A DNA stretch of 64,000 bases from Veleropilina oligotropha (GCA_048128005.1 JBEUKZ010000095.1:1-64000), one strand, 5' to 3'. Shown: positions 9,327 to 22,729, numbered from the stretch's first letter. Notes: generated by a model from the sequence alone, not told the origin. Program-made: numbers and translations.

Positions 9327-12300
9327 TTAAGCTGAGAACAGACAGGATGCGGGCCGGAAAAGTCACGCGGGCGGCACGCGGGCCTCAAGCGGAAAACAAA
9401 ACACACTGGATGCGTCTGCCAAGCGGCATATCATGAATTAATACAAGGGCTTGCATCACATTCGCTGGTTTATGTATAGGCCCTATTGGATTTATGTTTT
9501 CAAACACGATGTTTTCTTAGAATTTTAGCACTTTGAGTAATGAACATTACTAATAATTATTCATCATCTTCATTATCATCGCCGTCATGTGATTTCCTTC
9601 AGCAAATAAACAACTATAATTTAAAAAGCTGTATAACTTTGTAACATTTAAAATATAATACATCAAGTGAAAATGTATAACAGTATGTAAGATTTCGTAT
9701 TTTAACTGCATGGAAATAAATCCCTCGGATTGACCTGTCCGATAACCATTGTCTTATAACTCCGCCAGGTCTTTCCTGGAAGGAAAACCCTCTATCTGGG
9801 TTAATAACGATACTTAAATTCGTCACAAACGGGAATCTCCCTAAACGGCAAAACTCTCACGCGTCAAAAATCGCTACAGACGCGATTCTACCCGCCCGCG
9901 TGACGCCCGCTTTCTCGCTGTCCGCGTTAAGGCCTCCACACACCAACGCGGCGCGTAGGCAGCATAGTGCTGCGCAGCGCGTTAACGCGTCTATTTTGTA
10001 CTCACATTCGAGCAGCGCAAGGGCGCAGCATCAAGATGGTACCAGTAATTACTTAAAATACTTATTTTGAACTATCTGACGAGCATTTGAATGCATGAGA
10101 AAAGCTATATACACATGCTTAAAATACATGCAAACCTTGTTGAGTCTTGCTCTGTTTATATTGCAGGGAACTTACATGTAGGCCTAAATGTTTTTATTCT
10201 ATTATGGAAAAACCGTATTTAGTTGCTGACGGGTCGTGAAAATGAAGTCATTGTACATGTGTACGTGTATATGAGAAGCAAACGGTGTCGATGGCGTGTC
10301 CATGTGGATATGTATACATTGCGAGCAGTGTTTCATATATCCAAAGAACAATTCGATGATACTCTTGCTCTTGTTGTTCGTACAATATGACATCACCAAA
10401 AGGGGATTTCCCGGCGCGTCGAGGCAGCAAGCAGCAAAAATCGCTTTTTTCGCGATCTGAAAATATTGCTGCTCACGCACTGCTCAAGCGCTGCGTTAAT
10501 TAAGGTTGATCATCATAAAACAACACGAGCGACTGTTTGTGGTCTCACGCGCTGCGCTGTGCTGCTTACGCGCAGCGTTGGTGTGTGGAGGCCCTTAAGC
10601 TGAGAACAGCCAGGACGCGGGCGGTCACGCGGACGGCGAGTTACACCCGGGCGGTAAAAATGGTACATATGATATTTGTAGTGGCAAAACACACTAACGG
10701 CGGGCGTCACGCGGGCGGATAAAATCGCTTCTGTAGCGATTTTTGACGCGTGAGATTTTGCCGCTTGGGGAGATTCCCGTTTATGACGTATTTAAGAATG
10801 TGTTATTAACTCAGATAGAGGGTTGACCTTCCAGGAAAGACCTGGCGGAGCTATAAGACGAGTCAATCCGATGGCTTTATTTCCATGCTATTAAAGTCCG
10901 AAATCTTACAAATTGTTATCACTTGATGTATTATATTTTAAATGTTACGAAGTTATACAGCATTTTAAATGATATTTGTTTATTTGCTAAATGATATCAC
11001 CAACACATACTGTAAGCATGCAAACGGCGACAATATGGCACAATATAGTAATGTTCATTATTCAAAGTGCTCAAATTCTAAGAAAACTTCGTGTTTGAAA
11101 ACATAAATCCAATACATAAACCAGGGATTATGATGCAAGCCCTTGTGCCAATACACGATTTGCCGCTTGGCAGACGCATCCAGTGTGTTTTGTTTTTCCG
11201 CTTGAGTTCGGGCCTCCACACACCAACGCTGCGCGTAAGCAGCACAGCGCAGCGCGTGAGACCACAAACAGTCGCTCGTGTTGTTTTATGATGATCAACC
11301 TTAATTAACGCAGCGCTTGAGCAGTGCGTGAGCAGCAACTTTTTCGGATCGCGAAAAAAGCGATTTTTGCTGCTTGCTGCCTCGACGCGCCTGGAAATCC
11401 CCTTTTGATGATTTCATATGGTACGTGCAACAAGAGCAAGGGTATATATGGAACACTGCTCGCAATGTACACATATCCACATGTACACGATATTGACACC
11501 GTTTGCTTATCACATACATATACATATTTATTTCAACATATACCCGCATTCTCAAAAGCGATTGGTCGAGACGCGTTTTTCGACGTCACGTGCCGTGAGG
11601 ATAAATCTCCATACCGGACTCCCATACAGGACTCCGAGCAGCTACGGAAATAGCCGATGAATATATTTTTGTCGTCTGCGCTGTTTTCAAAACAAATTGA
11701 TCAATAAAGAAATGCAAAGATGAACTTACCAAAAATCACCGTTCCGATAAAGAACTTGAACCTGCGTTTATGTCCGAGTGAAAGGATAATCTGCTTTGTC
11801 CTGTAAAATCCACATCGGGTCACGCATTCGCAATCGCTTCAAATCGAAACAGCTGATTTTCACGTCAATGGAATCACGATGCAAGTTATGTTTGACGACT
11901 TTGAACACGTCCCTCCTCAACAAGTAAACACAGTCCCACAGTCTCTAATATTCAATAACTGCATGACCATTGACAATTCGCACAAGTAATTTAGAATTTT
12001 GACACTTTGTTGTTACTTGAATTCATCTTCTCGCTTGGCTGCCACAAGCTGCGAACACTATTGTAAACATGCCTGATGTCACTCCAAAATTTATATCGAA
12101 ATAAAATTAACATGTATTACTAAAATTAGTTGTTAATTTTACACTTGTTACTCTGTTATTTAAATAAATTATTTTCAATTTTAAAATTTCCCCCGCCATT
12201 CTTGTCCTAATCCAAAAACTATTAAAATCTGTAACAATGTTCGGTATCGCAAAATCAATCAAATCAAATCATCAAATCAAATTTATTTACCATAACAAAT

Positions 12301-13870
12301 TATTACATTTTTGTTACATTAATCATCAATTACCCATACATACATATAATGTATACATAAATATATATATATAATTTACATTTTTACATTGATCACCTTT
12401 TATATATACATATGGGTCTATATACAAAATGTGTTATGGACGGATGTTTTGAGAAACCCTTTCGGGCTTGTATGAGAAAAACACCTATGGATTATATTAC
12501 AATATTTGGAGGAAATGTTGAAATAAATACGTTATCCTAACTCCTGGAGTCCGATATGTATAGGTTACTAACCGAGTTGGAGGTATTCATCGATTTGAAA
12601 GACCTGCGCCCGTGCGGATCGTGACACCGAGACCGCGGAGCGGTCGCGGTGTTACAGCATGGAAGCAGGTCTTTCAAATAGATGAATACCGACTAACGAG
12701 GTTTGTAACCGACTTACACAACGGCCAATTATAGCTCCTTTGTTGTCAATTTAGCTTGTGATCAGCTTTAGCCGTCTTGCATGGACGCAGGTCGGTATAG
12801 AGTGAAAAGTAGGTTGGTATGGCTATACCACCCTACTTTTGAATCGTCATTGAAAACAAGGTGTTCACGCTGAATACCAACCTCTTCAAAACAAAAGAGC
12901 CGTTGTGTAAGGCCATTTACCCTCACAGTAAACGCTATACCAGCCTCGCCGTTCCGGCTCGGCTGGCATAGCGTTTACTGTGAGGGTAAATAGCCATATC
13001 GGACTCCAGGAGTTAGGATAACTTATAGTACCATGACCCTTTTTCACGACCGGTCAGCAACTAAATATGTTTTTTCCATAATTGAATAAAAACATTTAGG
13101 CCTACATATATGTTCCCTGCAGTATAAACAGAGTAAGACTCAACAAAGGTTTGCATATGTTTTTAACTCATTAAGTACCAACGTTATCTTGTGACGTCAT
13201 CCCTTATGACGTTTTAATGGGCTGCTCCCCAGAGCTATTTGAATGAATATAAAAATCAATCCAAAAATGTAGTCTCCTGAAATTCTTAGCAAATAATTAA
13301 AGAGACAAACACCAAATAAGGTTTATAAGAAGTATTGTTATTGGTTATTGTTCAGTATAGAATATGTGCACGATTATTTTAATAAGCAAATAAACGATTT
13401 TCAAGCATAATGTGACATGACGCCCTGGGGGATCCAAGCAGGGTTTTTTACGACGCTTAAAGGCGTCATTGGGGATTCAGCAGGGTATTTCACGTACTTA
13501 ATGAGTTAAGCATGTGTACATAGCAATTCTCATGTATTCATATGTTCGTCAGATAGCTCAAAATAAGTAGTTTATGTAATTACTGGTACCATCTTGATGC
13601 TTGTCTACATTAATGATGCGCCCTTGCACTGCTCGAATGTGGGTACAAAATAAACGCGTTAACGCACTGTGCAGCACTGCGCTGCAGACGCGTCGCGTTG
13701 GTGTGTGGGGGACTTTACGCTTGCCGCCCGCGTGACTTTTCCGCCCGCGTCCTGTCTGTTCTCAGCTTAAGTGTGTTTTGCCACTACAAATATCATATGT
13801 TCCATTTTTACCGCCCGCGTGTAACTTTCCGTCCGCGTGACCGCCCGCGTCCTGTCTGTTCGCAGCTTTA
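9327..13870. repeat. Nested cluster of related MITEs and inverted repeats
   Basis: More ggcctccacacacc TIR copies at 9930, 10594, 11211 and ~13712; gctgagaacagacagg TIR copies; 9385-9900 is an inverted copy of ~10700-11207. Confidence 0.75.
12531..13022. mobile_element. MITE with internal hairpin
   Basis: TIR gttatcctaactcctggagtccgatatg / catatcggactccaggagttaggataac; long internal stem at 12915-12992. Confidence 0.75.
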
Positions 13871-13891
13871 ATTATCCGTAGTAATTACACT

Positions 13892-13963
13892 GTCTGTATG
13901 GCGCAAACGGTTAAGACGTTTGGTGAAAGATCTAGAGGTCAGGGGTTCGACTCCCTTTACCTC
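13892..13963 (+). repeat. tRNA-derived SINE head or pseudo-tRNA
   Basis: A-box-like tggcgcaaacgg and B-box ggttcgactcc at tRNA spacing; acceptor stem does not pair well. Confidence 0.5.
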
Positions 13964-14584
13964 AAAAATATTATTGTTTTTTATTTAAATTTTGTCATTC
14001 CTTAATTTTTTTATAATTTGCGATTACATTTATGATTGTTATTCATGTTTAAATATATTTATCGTAGACATTTCTGATTTTCATCATCTTCTTACTTGGC
14101 CACGGTGGGAAATGGGACGGGGGATGGAGGAGGAAATGGGTTGTGTAATGGGGGGGGGTATGGGGGGTTGGTGAATGGAGGAGTGAAATGGAGGGTGAAA
14201 TGGGGGGTGGGGGAAGTGGGGCGTAGTCACCCGTTGTAAACGGGTGTTATTTAAATTTTGTTTATTCCTTATTTTTTTATAATTTGTGATTACCTTTTAT
14301 GATTATAATTCATGTTTAGAAAAATATTGATCGTAGACATTTCTTACTTTCACCATCGTCTTACTCTGTCCGGGGCGAGGGTTTGCAATCTCGTCTGATT
14401 GCTCTTGTTACGAATGGAATAAACCGTAAATGAAAATTATGAAGTTAAAGATTCCTAACGTGATCTCATTCAACTCTCAACGTTTGAACGTACAAAAAAT
14501 TATGAAATAAATTCGTACATTATGAGGTCATCATCATCTACGTGCGCACTCTACCCTCTAGCATCTTGACTTCTCAAAGCATGT

Positions 14585-14735
14585 TCAGATGAATTATTAC
14601 CCATTTTAACGCGTCTTGTAATCATATCATTATCTACTGCACAAGTTACAGAAAATTTCAAAAGCGCCTTGGTAAAGACGTTACTGAAAACGGCCAACAT
14701 AGATCAACAGAATTTAAAAAAATATCGACCGCATT
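14585..14735 (+). pseudogene. Non-LTR retrotransposon (L2/CR1-like) ORF2 fragment
   Basis: Reads DELLPILTRLV..SLST......FKSALVK.LLK...ID...LK.YRP, the pre-RT motif. Confidence 0.7.
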
Positions 14736-14764
14736 ATAATGTAAGTTTTGTTTTGGAGACATAT

Positions 14765-14830
14765 CGAACTCACTCAACTGTACCATTTCGCAGATGCCTC
14801 GAAGATCGGCTATGGACCTTTATCGTTCTT
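14765..14830 (+). pseudogene. BEL/Pao RNase H fragment
   Basis: Reads QLYHFADASKIGYG. Confidence 0.55.
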
Positions 14831-15744
14831 GAGATTTCGTCGCATGAGAATTAGACTGTTCTATGTCCAATTTTGGTCAAAATTGAATTATAGGTCATGG
14901 CGACATCCGAACAGTATAATATTATATATTTTATCTCCTGTTGATATTAATTATATTCAAAGTTACTTTTTTCTGATTCAGAAACAGGATGTTCGAAGTA
15001 CTGTTTGAAATAGTTTATGACATTTAATCATTCACCAAACAGAAGAATGATTAGGGTCATGTGATGTTGGAGATAGAACAGTCTGTAAATAAGATTACGT
15101 GAACATATGCCATGTTCTCTTGAATCTGCAGTAGTCCATAACCGACACAAGATGGCTACCAGGGGAATTTAAAATTTAAACATAGGGGTCAATTCTAATT
15201 TCGCCAAATGTAGTTAAATTTGTAAATTGGTTATGCAAACCGTAGTCCTGATGGAATTATATTCATATCAGTAAAAATATTTAGAAAATAATGTGAAATA
15301 TGAACTTTATAAGCATTTTAGAAATCAACCAAAAAAATGCAGCTAAAGGCCGTAAATTGGTTATCACTGACACCAGACATCTCAAATCTTAACAAGTGAC
15401 AGAGTGGGACAACTTTTATCGATGTACTTTCTGTGTCAGAGCGAATTTGTAGCAATAATTTTTGTTCCGAAGTTAACATCATCGAGATGTTGCGACATTT
15501 GTGATAGCTCTTTATATACTGCTAACGCCGTATTATAATTTACACCATTAAGCAAGGTTACCGTCATTTACATCTCCTGAAAATTTCAGGTATATCGCTT
15601 TAGTAACTATGGAGTTATTGCGAGTTAAGTATTGTCAACTTTGGCAAAATGTTTATATTATGAAGTTCCATCGCTTGGAACAATTTCATTGTAAGTTATA
15701 TACATTATAATAGTTGAAGAAATTAGGGGAAGTCCTTTATGTAA

Positions 15745-15912
15745 GACTGCATGAAATTTATGGTAATGGTAGCGAACCCTGCTTAACTACCACTGACTCG
15801 AATGCCCATGAGATATATCCAGTTTAAAGGGTTAGGTATATATTCCATGGACATTAGAGTCAGTGGTAGTTAAGTAGTGTTCGCTACCATTACCATAAAT
15901 TTCGTGTAGTAT
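15745..15912. repeat. Palindromic MITE-like hairpin
   Basis: gaaatttatggtaatggtagcgaac...gttcgctaccattaccataaatttc, ~75-bp arms. Confidence 0.75.
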
Positions 15913-16661
15913 TACGTTAAGGGCTTTCCGATACTCCAGCATAGGATTTCACAATGTTGTTAGAACTGTGCGTGGTGGTGACGGTTATTTCTCCGCGCTC
16001 GTGATTATGTTAGTGATGGTGTCAGACGGTGTTGGCACAACTGGATGTAGGCCTATATGTGTAGTCATGAAGGACGCGTGCTATGTGAGATATATAGAGA
16101 CAAACAGTGTGGATTAAAGTAATAGCCAGCCCACATACATAAACATTTGTATTGGTTATGATATTGCTTAGGACAGTAAGCTTCGATAAAATCCCATCCA
16201 GCCATTTAAAGTATTTGTTCTATCTATCCTCTCTGATGTAGCTGATGTCGGAGGACGCGTATAAGGAAGCTTTCCTTATTTTTTATCATGAAAGTGGTGT
16301 TTTCGCATGTCGGATGTCATACATCTATGCATGTGGTTCTAATTTCCCTTGTTTATTTATCACACTTTGTGCATTTGTAGAGATAACTTTTAGCTCTTTT
16401 TGTCATTTTCGTCGCCTCTAGATTTAAAAAAAATTGTTTTAATATTGTCATGAGAATCAGAATTTAGTTCATCGTTTATTTTTAGTAATACATACCTATA
16501 CCCACCCCTCCTTCTGCTATTTAAGGAGAGTTGCTCGGGTGCTCGTCTGGTCTCGAGTGGCGACTTTGAAGTCAGAGTTGCCAATCGCCGATGTACCTAA
16601 CTGGTCGAAGTGGGCGGCGAGGGTTTGCAATCTCGGGATTGTCTTGTTTTTCTTGTTTTAG

Positions 16662-17003
16662 GTGGTCATTGGATGACAGAAGTCACATCAATGCTTCTGA
16701 GAGGATCGACAGATTATTTAAAGACACATAAAGCATCATTGATGTTAGAAAACACCAGACGCTTAGAAGATGGCGATATGTCGATGTACGAAGAATTGGA
16801 GTCCCCAAGAGTGTTGAATTCTCATTTACCGTTAGATTTATTGCCCCCGGACTTTCTAAAAAAGAAAACTAAATTTATATACCTGTGTAGAAACCCTAAG
16901 GACATTATTGTGTCATTGTATAGCCACCTTAAAAACGCCAAACAGATGATAGCGTACAACGGAAGCTTTGATGCATTTTTACACCTTTTCTTTGATGGCC
17001 ACG
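16662..17003 (+). CDS. Cytosolic sulfotransferase, coding exon (earlier exon(s) not identified)
   Basis: ttttag acceptor and G|gtaggt donor; GGHW..E, SPRVLNSHLP and KFIYLCRNPKD..VSLY motifs. Confidence 0.9.
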
Positions 17004-17597
17004 GTAGGTGCATATCTTGATAATATCATGTTTAAGTTGTGGTATGAAATACGTCATATACTAAAGTAATCATGACATAGTCACTTTCAATTACTATAGT
17101 AGCACTAATAACCATCGCTTCCGGAAGAGCGGCGATGGTATTGCAATCGAATCCTTATGTCTGTTACATTTTTTCAGTGATTTCAGAGTCTGCATCCGAA
17201 ACCGCACGACTATCGGAGTGGCTCTACCTCACAGGAATATTATTATATTGGGTTCGAGACTTGGTTAGGTTGCACGTAGCGAACGGTTTGGTTCGGTGTT
17301 TAATGCTGCGTTTTAACAATTTTCAGGTTCGTACCACGACATGTCCAAATTATCGCATGAGGAAAACCCGATTGCCCGAATGCACCCGCCATATTGTTAT
17401 GGCAACTTGGATTGTTAACTGCAAAAATGGTGCCCGCCGATGTTTCGACGCCATTCTTTTCCCCGCAATCTTGTTCACTCGGCTACGGGGGGGACACCTT
17501 GAATGGCTTGAATGACATAAGAATTATTGCATTACCTGGTTCAAAACCACTTTAACACAACCCCACCCCCCACCCCGGGTCCACCATAATTATATGA

Positions 17598-17945
17598 AAC
17601 AAGAACGACGCGTTCGAAATATGTCTTGACCTTTCTTTATTTCCCTCAAATTTTCATAACAGTTAATACAATGGCTAAGTGCAAGTACTTCATGGCTTAA
17701 TTTACTACCCCGTCGATTATGACGTCACCAAATGACGATTAATCTAAGGCGACGTCGTAATGACGTCATTTCCATTTGCTTGCAATATTAGACATCCGTT
17801 ATATACAAATATGGATAAAAGTGCTCAATAAATGCATATTTTTGCAAAATTGTGTCGCGAAAGTTACATACACGACCTACAAATACTCTTGGGAATGTGT
17901 GTACCAATTTTGGTGAAAATTGAGCGGGTAGTTTTCAAATAAATC

Positions 17946-18023
<78 letters not shown>

Positions 18024-18106
18024 TATATAAGTATATAAGTATATAAGTATATACACACGGACCATTTGATAATGTCTTGTCCTTTTTTACAAAAAGGTCA
18101 AGACAT
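17598..18106 (-). mobile_element. Helentron-associated (HINE/DINE-like) non-autonomous element with (TA)n core
   Basis: Subterminal inverted repeats tgtcttgacctt/aaggtcaagaca, terminal hairpin gaacgacgcgttc, internal microsatellite; second copy at 52945-53400. Confidence 0.75.
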
Positions 18107-19671
18107 AAAAATGATCCCTGGTAAGGTGATCTTCTTTGACACATGTCACACAAAAATGTTCGCTTAAAGTAGGTAGGTTCCGCGGCGACTTATTTACAAT
18201 CGCATTTAGACGCATTGTGAGTAATTAATAAGTCTATGAAATCGTGACCACTCTGATTAACTTGACTGCTCTGATTAACAGGAGTGGGTTCGATTCCTCG
18301 GCAAGAAATTTATTCAATTAGCAGTCACAGCTGTATATAACTGGAAAGTGTCCAACTGGGCATTCTTTCCGCGAAAATATGACTATGACCTGGTATGACC
18401 GTACGGATAAGCCCATAATAATTCGTTTGGGCGAAACAATAATTCGTGTGAACGAAATCATAATTCCCATCGACGAAAAATAATTCGTCGAGACGAAATA
18501 ATTATTCGTCAGGACAATATAGTATTTCGTGGCAAAGTACTAAAAAATATTTTATTGTGTCCGTTTGGAGGCACCGTAACCTCAGATATCGTTATAAAAA
18601 ACACGTCAGTATTTGACAATTTACCACGTTTTTCAATGTTGACATTCAAACTGTATTAATTTTATAACAGTATTCTTGTAAGATTGCTATTCCTTTCAGC
18701 AGACCTTGTCAACATTTTCGGCTGATAAAGCGGTGTAAATAATAGTACAAATCACTTAAAATAATCGTCTAGTTTTAAATACTCTCATCAAATTGGAACT
18801 TTTCTAAGCATTTTCGATATCGTTAGTAAACATTGCGAATAACAGCGGTTACAGACTTCCTCCTTGTCTGACACCCAAGCTACTTTGATATTCGGTATTT
18901 TCTCCATTAGTTTTTGGTACACGTGCCTTGATATCACTGTAATGTGATGCTTCTATAATTATCTGCCTCGCGAATATTACCTTTTTTTGTACATGTAATA
19001 TTATGCCCATCTTTCAATGTTAAAATTGCATTACCCATAGTGTAGCGAAAATACTTTTAATTTTAAACCCTAGACCGCAAATGTATTTTTCCCAGTTAAC
19101 AGAAATTAGAAACTTTGCATTTTTTTCAAAAAATCCTATAGACGGGTCCATTGAGAGCCTATGGATTAAAAGAGAGTCCGGTTTTATTATGAGTAACGGA
19201 CGTTACGCCGAAATAAATTTCGTCAAGTTTTTACCCTGGCTAAGTTAACTTGGTAATTTGAAAAGTTGAGCTGCAACATTATTATTACTGTTTTACAATA
19301 ATGTCAGATCGCATGCAATATAGATAAATATTTTATTTCATATTTAGCGAAAAGTCTGCGTGTTTCGGTGAGAAGCCTGACGAAACGTATTCGGCGATTC
19401 GGCGATACGGCGACCGCGTTTCCACCAAAATGGCTGCCGTTGAATGATAATATTCCACTTGCGGGCAGCGATTTCAGCGGCGATTTTTTTATTATAAGAC
19501 GTGTTCTTTCACTTTGACTCATCAAAACTTTTATAACATGTAATTTCAAGATATAATGAATTTATTATGGATATCACTCGAGGATTTTTCAATTGGCTGG
19601 ATGTAGAACTGTTACTAGTATTTAAATATATAATAATGTGTTTACTGTTTTGTTTAACTGTTTTATTTCAG

Positions 19672-19775
19672 TACCTTATGGCAATGTGTTCGATGACTTA
19701 ATTCAGTGGCACAAAGACAAAGAGGCGCACCCAGAAATGCCGTTTTTGATTGTTTATTATGAAGATACAAAACAG
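19672..19775 (+). CDS. Sulfotransferase exon
   Basis: tttcag acceptor and CAG|gtagt donor; VPYG...D....W....FLIVYYEDTKQ; phase matches neighbouring exons. Confidence 0.9.
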
Positions 19776-20840
19776 GTAGTATGTATCCGTATACGTCTAT
19801 TCTTAGTTATATGCCATTACACGTGCCCCCAAATGAGGGGGGGGGGGGCGAAAGTATTGCAACTGAATCTGTCCTTTGGGTTGTCCATGAGCATTAAATT
19901 GGGCGTCATAGTTTAAAAAAACGTTGAACATTTAGGATGTCCCCATGGTACTGGCCTCATCGAAGTTTATCAGAATATGGATATTGAGTTTATGAAGTAT
20001 AATTTTCGATTTTTATGCTCTCGTATTAACGGTCTTGGTCGTGACCTTAGACTCATCGTAGGCCTACTATATACTGTTATGTAGTTCTGGAGTATATGGC
20101 CTGCACTGCATCCGTTTCTGAAAGGGTTGATTTTTACGTTCGCCCACGCAGTCCAGTAGTGGGAGAAGTTATTGCAATTGGGTTGGTTTGTATTTATGTC
20201 TGTCTTTATGTCTGTCGGTCCACGGCTGATTCTTTAATAAAAACATCCAACTTGTCCGATTTCCTTCAAATTTTAACACAAGGTTTAGGACATCAGTGCA
20301 AAAAAATATCGGGATCCGGACTTTATGACGTCATTTTCGATTTTCGCTTCTTCCGCTCTAATATTTAAACTATTAATCATAGAGATTACCACAGTGTTCC
20401 TCGTCACCGCAAATTTTAACACAAGGAAAAGGACATCAATGAACTTGGCATTGTCAAAAATTATTTCAATCCAGATCGGGCTCCTGGCACTTTGACGTCA
20501 TTTCCGGTTTTCGCTTCTTCCGTTCTAGTATTTAAACTATATTTGTCACAGAGATTACCAAAGTATTCCTCGTCAACTGAAATACTTAAAAATAATAATG
20601 CATGATCGTTGCATCCATTTCCCACAGCACTAATTCATTTCATTATTAAAAGTTATAGTGTACGATGGCAATTCCGTGAAACAACGAAGCCCAATTAAAG
20701 ATTACTTCATCAAAAATAAAAAGTTAAAGTGCAAAAAATTGGGCAAACAACAAAGGTGTCAATTATGTTGCATTAAAAACTTTTCAGTCTCTTTTCTTTA
20801 CACTGTGTATCCGTTAATGGCAATAGCTCTTATATTGCAG

Positions 20841-21018
20841 GATTTCATGAAGCAAGCTCGACGTTTGTGTGAATTCTTTGAAATTTCGAGAGACGACGAG
20901 TTTCTCACGTCGGTGAGCGCTGCTTGCTCGTTTAAAAAAATGAAGGAAACCGGACAAGAACGATCGGAAGCTGACCCCAATGCACCCAAAGAGACTTCAT
21001 CGTTTATATATCGTAAAG
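20841..21018 (+). CDS. Sulfotransferase exon
   Basis: ttgcag acceptor and G|gtgagt donor; D....RRLCEFF...CSFKKMK...FIYRK. Confidence 0.9.
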
Positions 21019-21487
21019 GTGAGTGCGAATTAAATGATTGTGTAGAACTTTGTAAAAGAATGGGACAGCTAACATCTGATCGTAGGCTACATACCATGGC
21101 CCTGTTATCTGAACAATAGGGACTCGTAGTGCGAGTTCCTCCGTTGTTTCAGGTAATTGTCCAAACAATGAAAATAACGGGTCGCGCCCAGAAGATGGCC
21201 TTAAAAACAAATTTACAAGGTTCCAGTCCCTTTGAATAGAAGAGTCCACTGTTTCATATCGCGTCCATGGGGTGATACCATGTTTTATGGGGCTAGGGTT
21301 GCAATTTACAATTGAATTTCATGATATGTATGCCAGATAATACACTGACACTCCTCGGCGATATCCGCTAGATACATGGACGAGGCGCAGCCGAATCTTG
21401 ATATCAACATAATTGACCTATATTATTCGATAACAGATAAGTAGAAGATCCCTGTAACGATTTCGTAACCACGAATGTCATTTTATA

Positions 21488-21684
21488 GGGGGGGACTAGG
21501 GGGTTTTAGACTAAGTTAGGGGGGCCCGGGGCGACCGGGGAGGCTCCCAGCCCTAATTTCAGAACTGCGGGGCTCGTAATCTATACCCCCAGGGCAGTTT
21601 AGTAGAATCCGGGGAGGGGGGCGGCCGGGGAGGCTCCCACCCCCGTCTGCTCAGGGCAGGGGTCGTTTTTTCGCTAGGGCGGAG
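21488..21684 (+). repeat. Left TIR
   Basis: gggggggactagggggttttagactaagttagggggg...ggtcgttttttcgctagggcggag is the imperfect reverse complement of 36625-36831. Confidence 0.93.
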
Positions 21685-22044
21685 GTTGTTTTGTAATAAT
21701 CACGGGAGGGCCGAAATTCAGGCGCTGCTGTCAGCGCCGTCCGAAACTAGGGTAGCTTAGAATAGTCTATTTGGGCCCCCCCGGGCCCCCCCCACCCCCA
21801 CGCCTGTTTGAACAGAGCTGGTAGTAAGAGCCCTTAGGGACAGCCCACAACCCAAGCCGGCCAGGCGTATGTTTGTATCAATGACTCAACACAATAACTG
21901 TCCCCGAAAAAGTTTTTGGTCAAGAAACTTTGTGATTTCAACAAAACGGTGACCATTATTTTGTTGAGCTAGCTTTTTAGATAACGTTTGCAAAAGCGAA
22001 AAGCGATTCGGCTAAGAATAAACGCAACCAGGATGCTAGGGTAC

Positions 22045-22146
22045 AAATACCATTGATAGACGCGACCAGGCATTCAACGCAACCAATACCCATTGATACA
22101 CGCGGCGCGACCAGGCATTCAATGCAAACAATACCCATTGATACAC
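22045..22146. repeat. ~42-bp subterminal direct repeats (about 2.5 copies)
   Basis: aatacccattgata...gcgaccaggcattcaa recurs. Confidence 0.75.
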
Positions 22147-22729
22147 ACTGCGAGGTATTTGTATAGTACACGGATATAGCGTGTCCTGATTTTAACGATT
22201 GTAGTCATTCATAAAGCGGGCTATTAATATACGCAGGGGAAGCCGGAAAATATGTTAGAAGGCCCCGATCAGCAGTTAGATAAATATATAATTCCTGCTG
22301 GCGAGCGTGCAATTGCATGGCGAGAGATGTCCGATTTGACTCCACGCACCCCTGCAGCCGGTGGATAACATTGAGAAGTAATGCCCATGTTTACCGCGAC
22401 ATAGTGACGGCTCAGCGCATTCAATGCACACAACAGTATTAGGGTCGGGGGAGCCCCACAGTCATTCTCCCAGGCGTAGTAGCAAGTTTCTTCGCAGGGG
22501 GTCAAATCTGCTGTTGTACAGGGGGTGGTTCCGGTACCTAGCCCACGTGTGTTCGAGAATTAATGCGTCGTCGCGTGACGACACCTGGGTGGCACCGCGG
22601 CACAGCACACCGCGGCAATACACAGTAGCATGGATTTCATGGATTTCATGGCTTGTCCAGATATCACTGTCTGAGTTCGAGCTTTAATATGGGGGGGGGA
22701 GTCTCCCACCCCACGCTCAACCTGAATGG

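Noticed and set aside
11725..11830. Possible minus-strand first exon ending in G|gtaagt
   Set aside because: A single donor-like motif with no supported partner exon or reading frame.
13892..13963. Functional tRNA gene
   Set aside because: A and B boxes are present but I could not fold a convincing acceptor stem; kept only as SINE-like.
17864..18153. IYIYIY ORFs (also 46679-47044)
   Set aside because: Artefacts of (TA)n microsatellites.
16610..21119. ORF-track starts and ends for the sulfotransferase pieces as separate genes
   Set aside because: They are exons extended into intron sequence; splice sites and phases link them into one gene.
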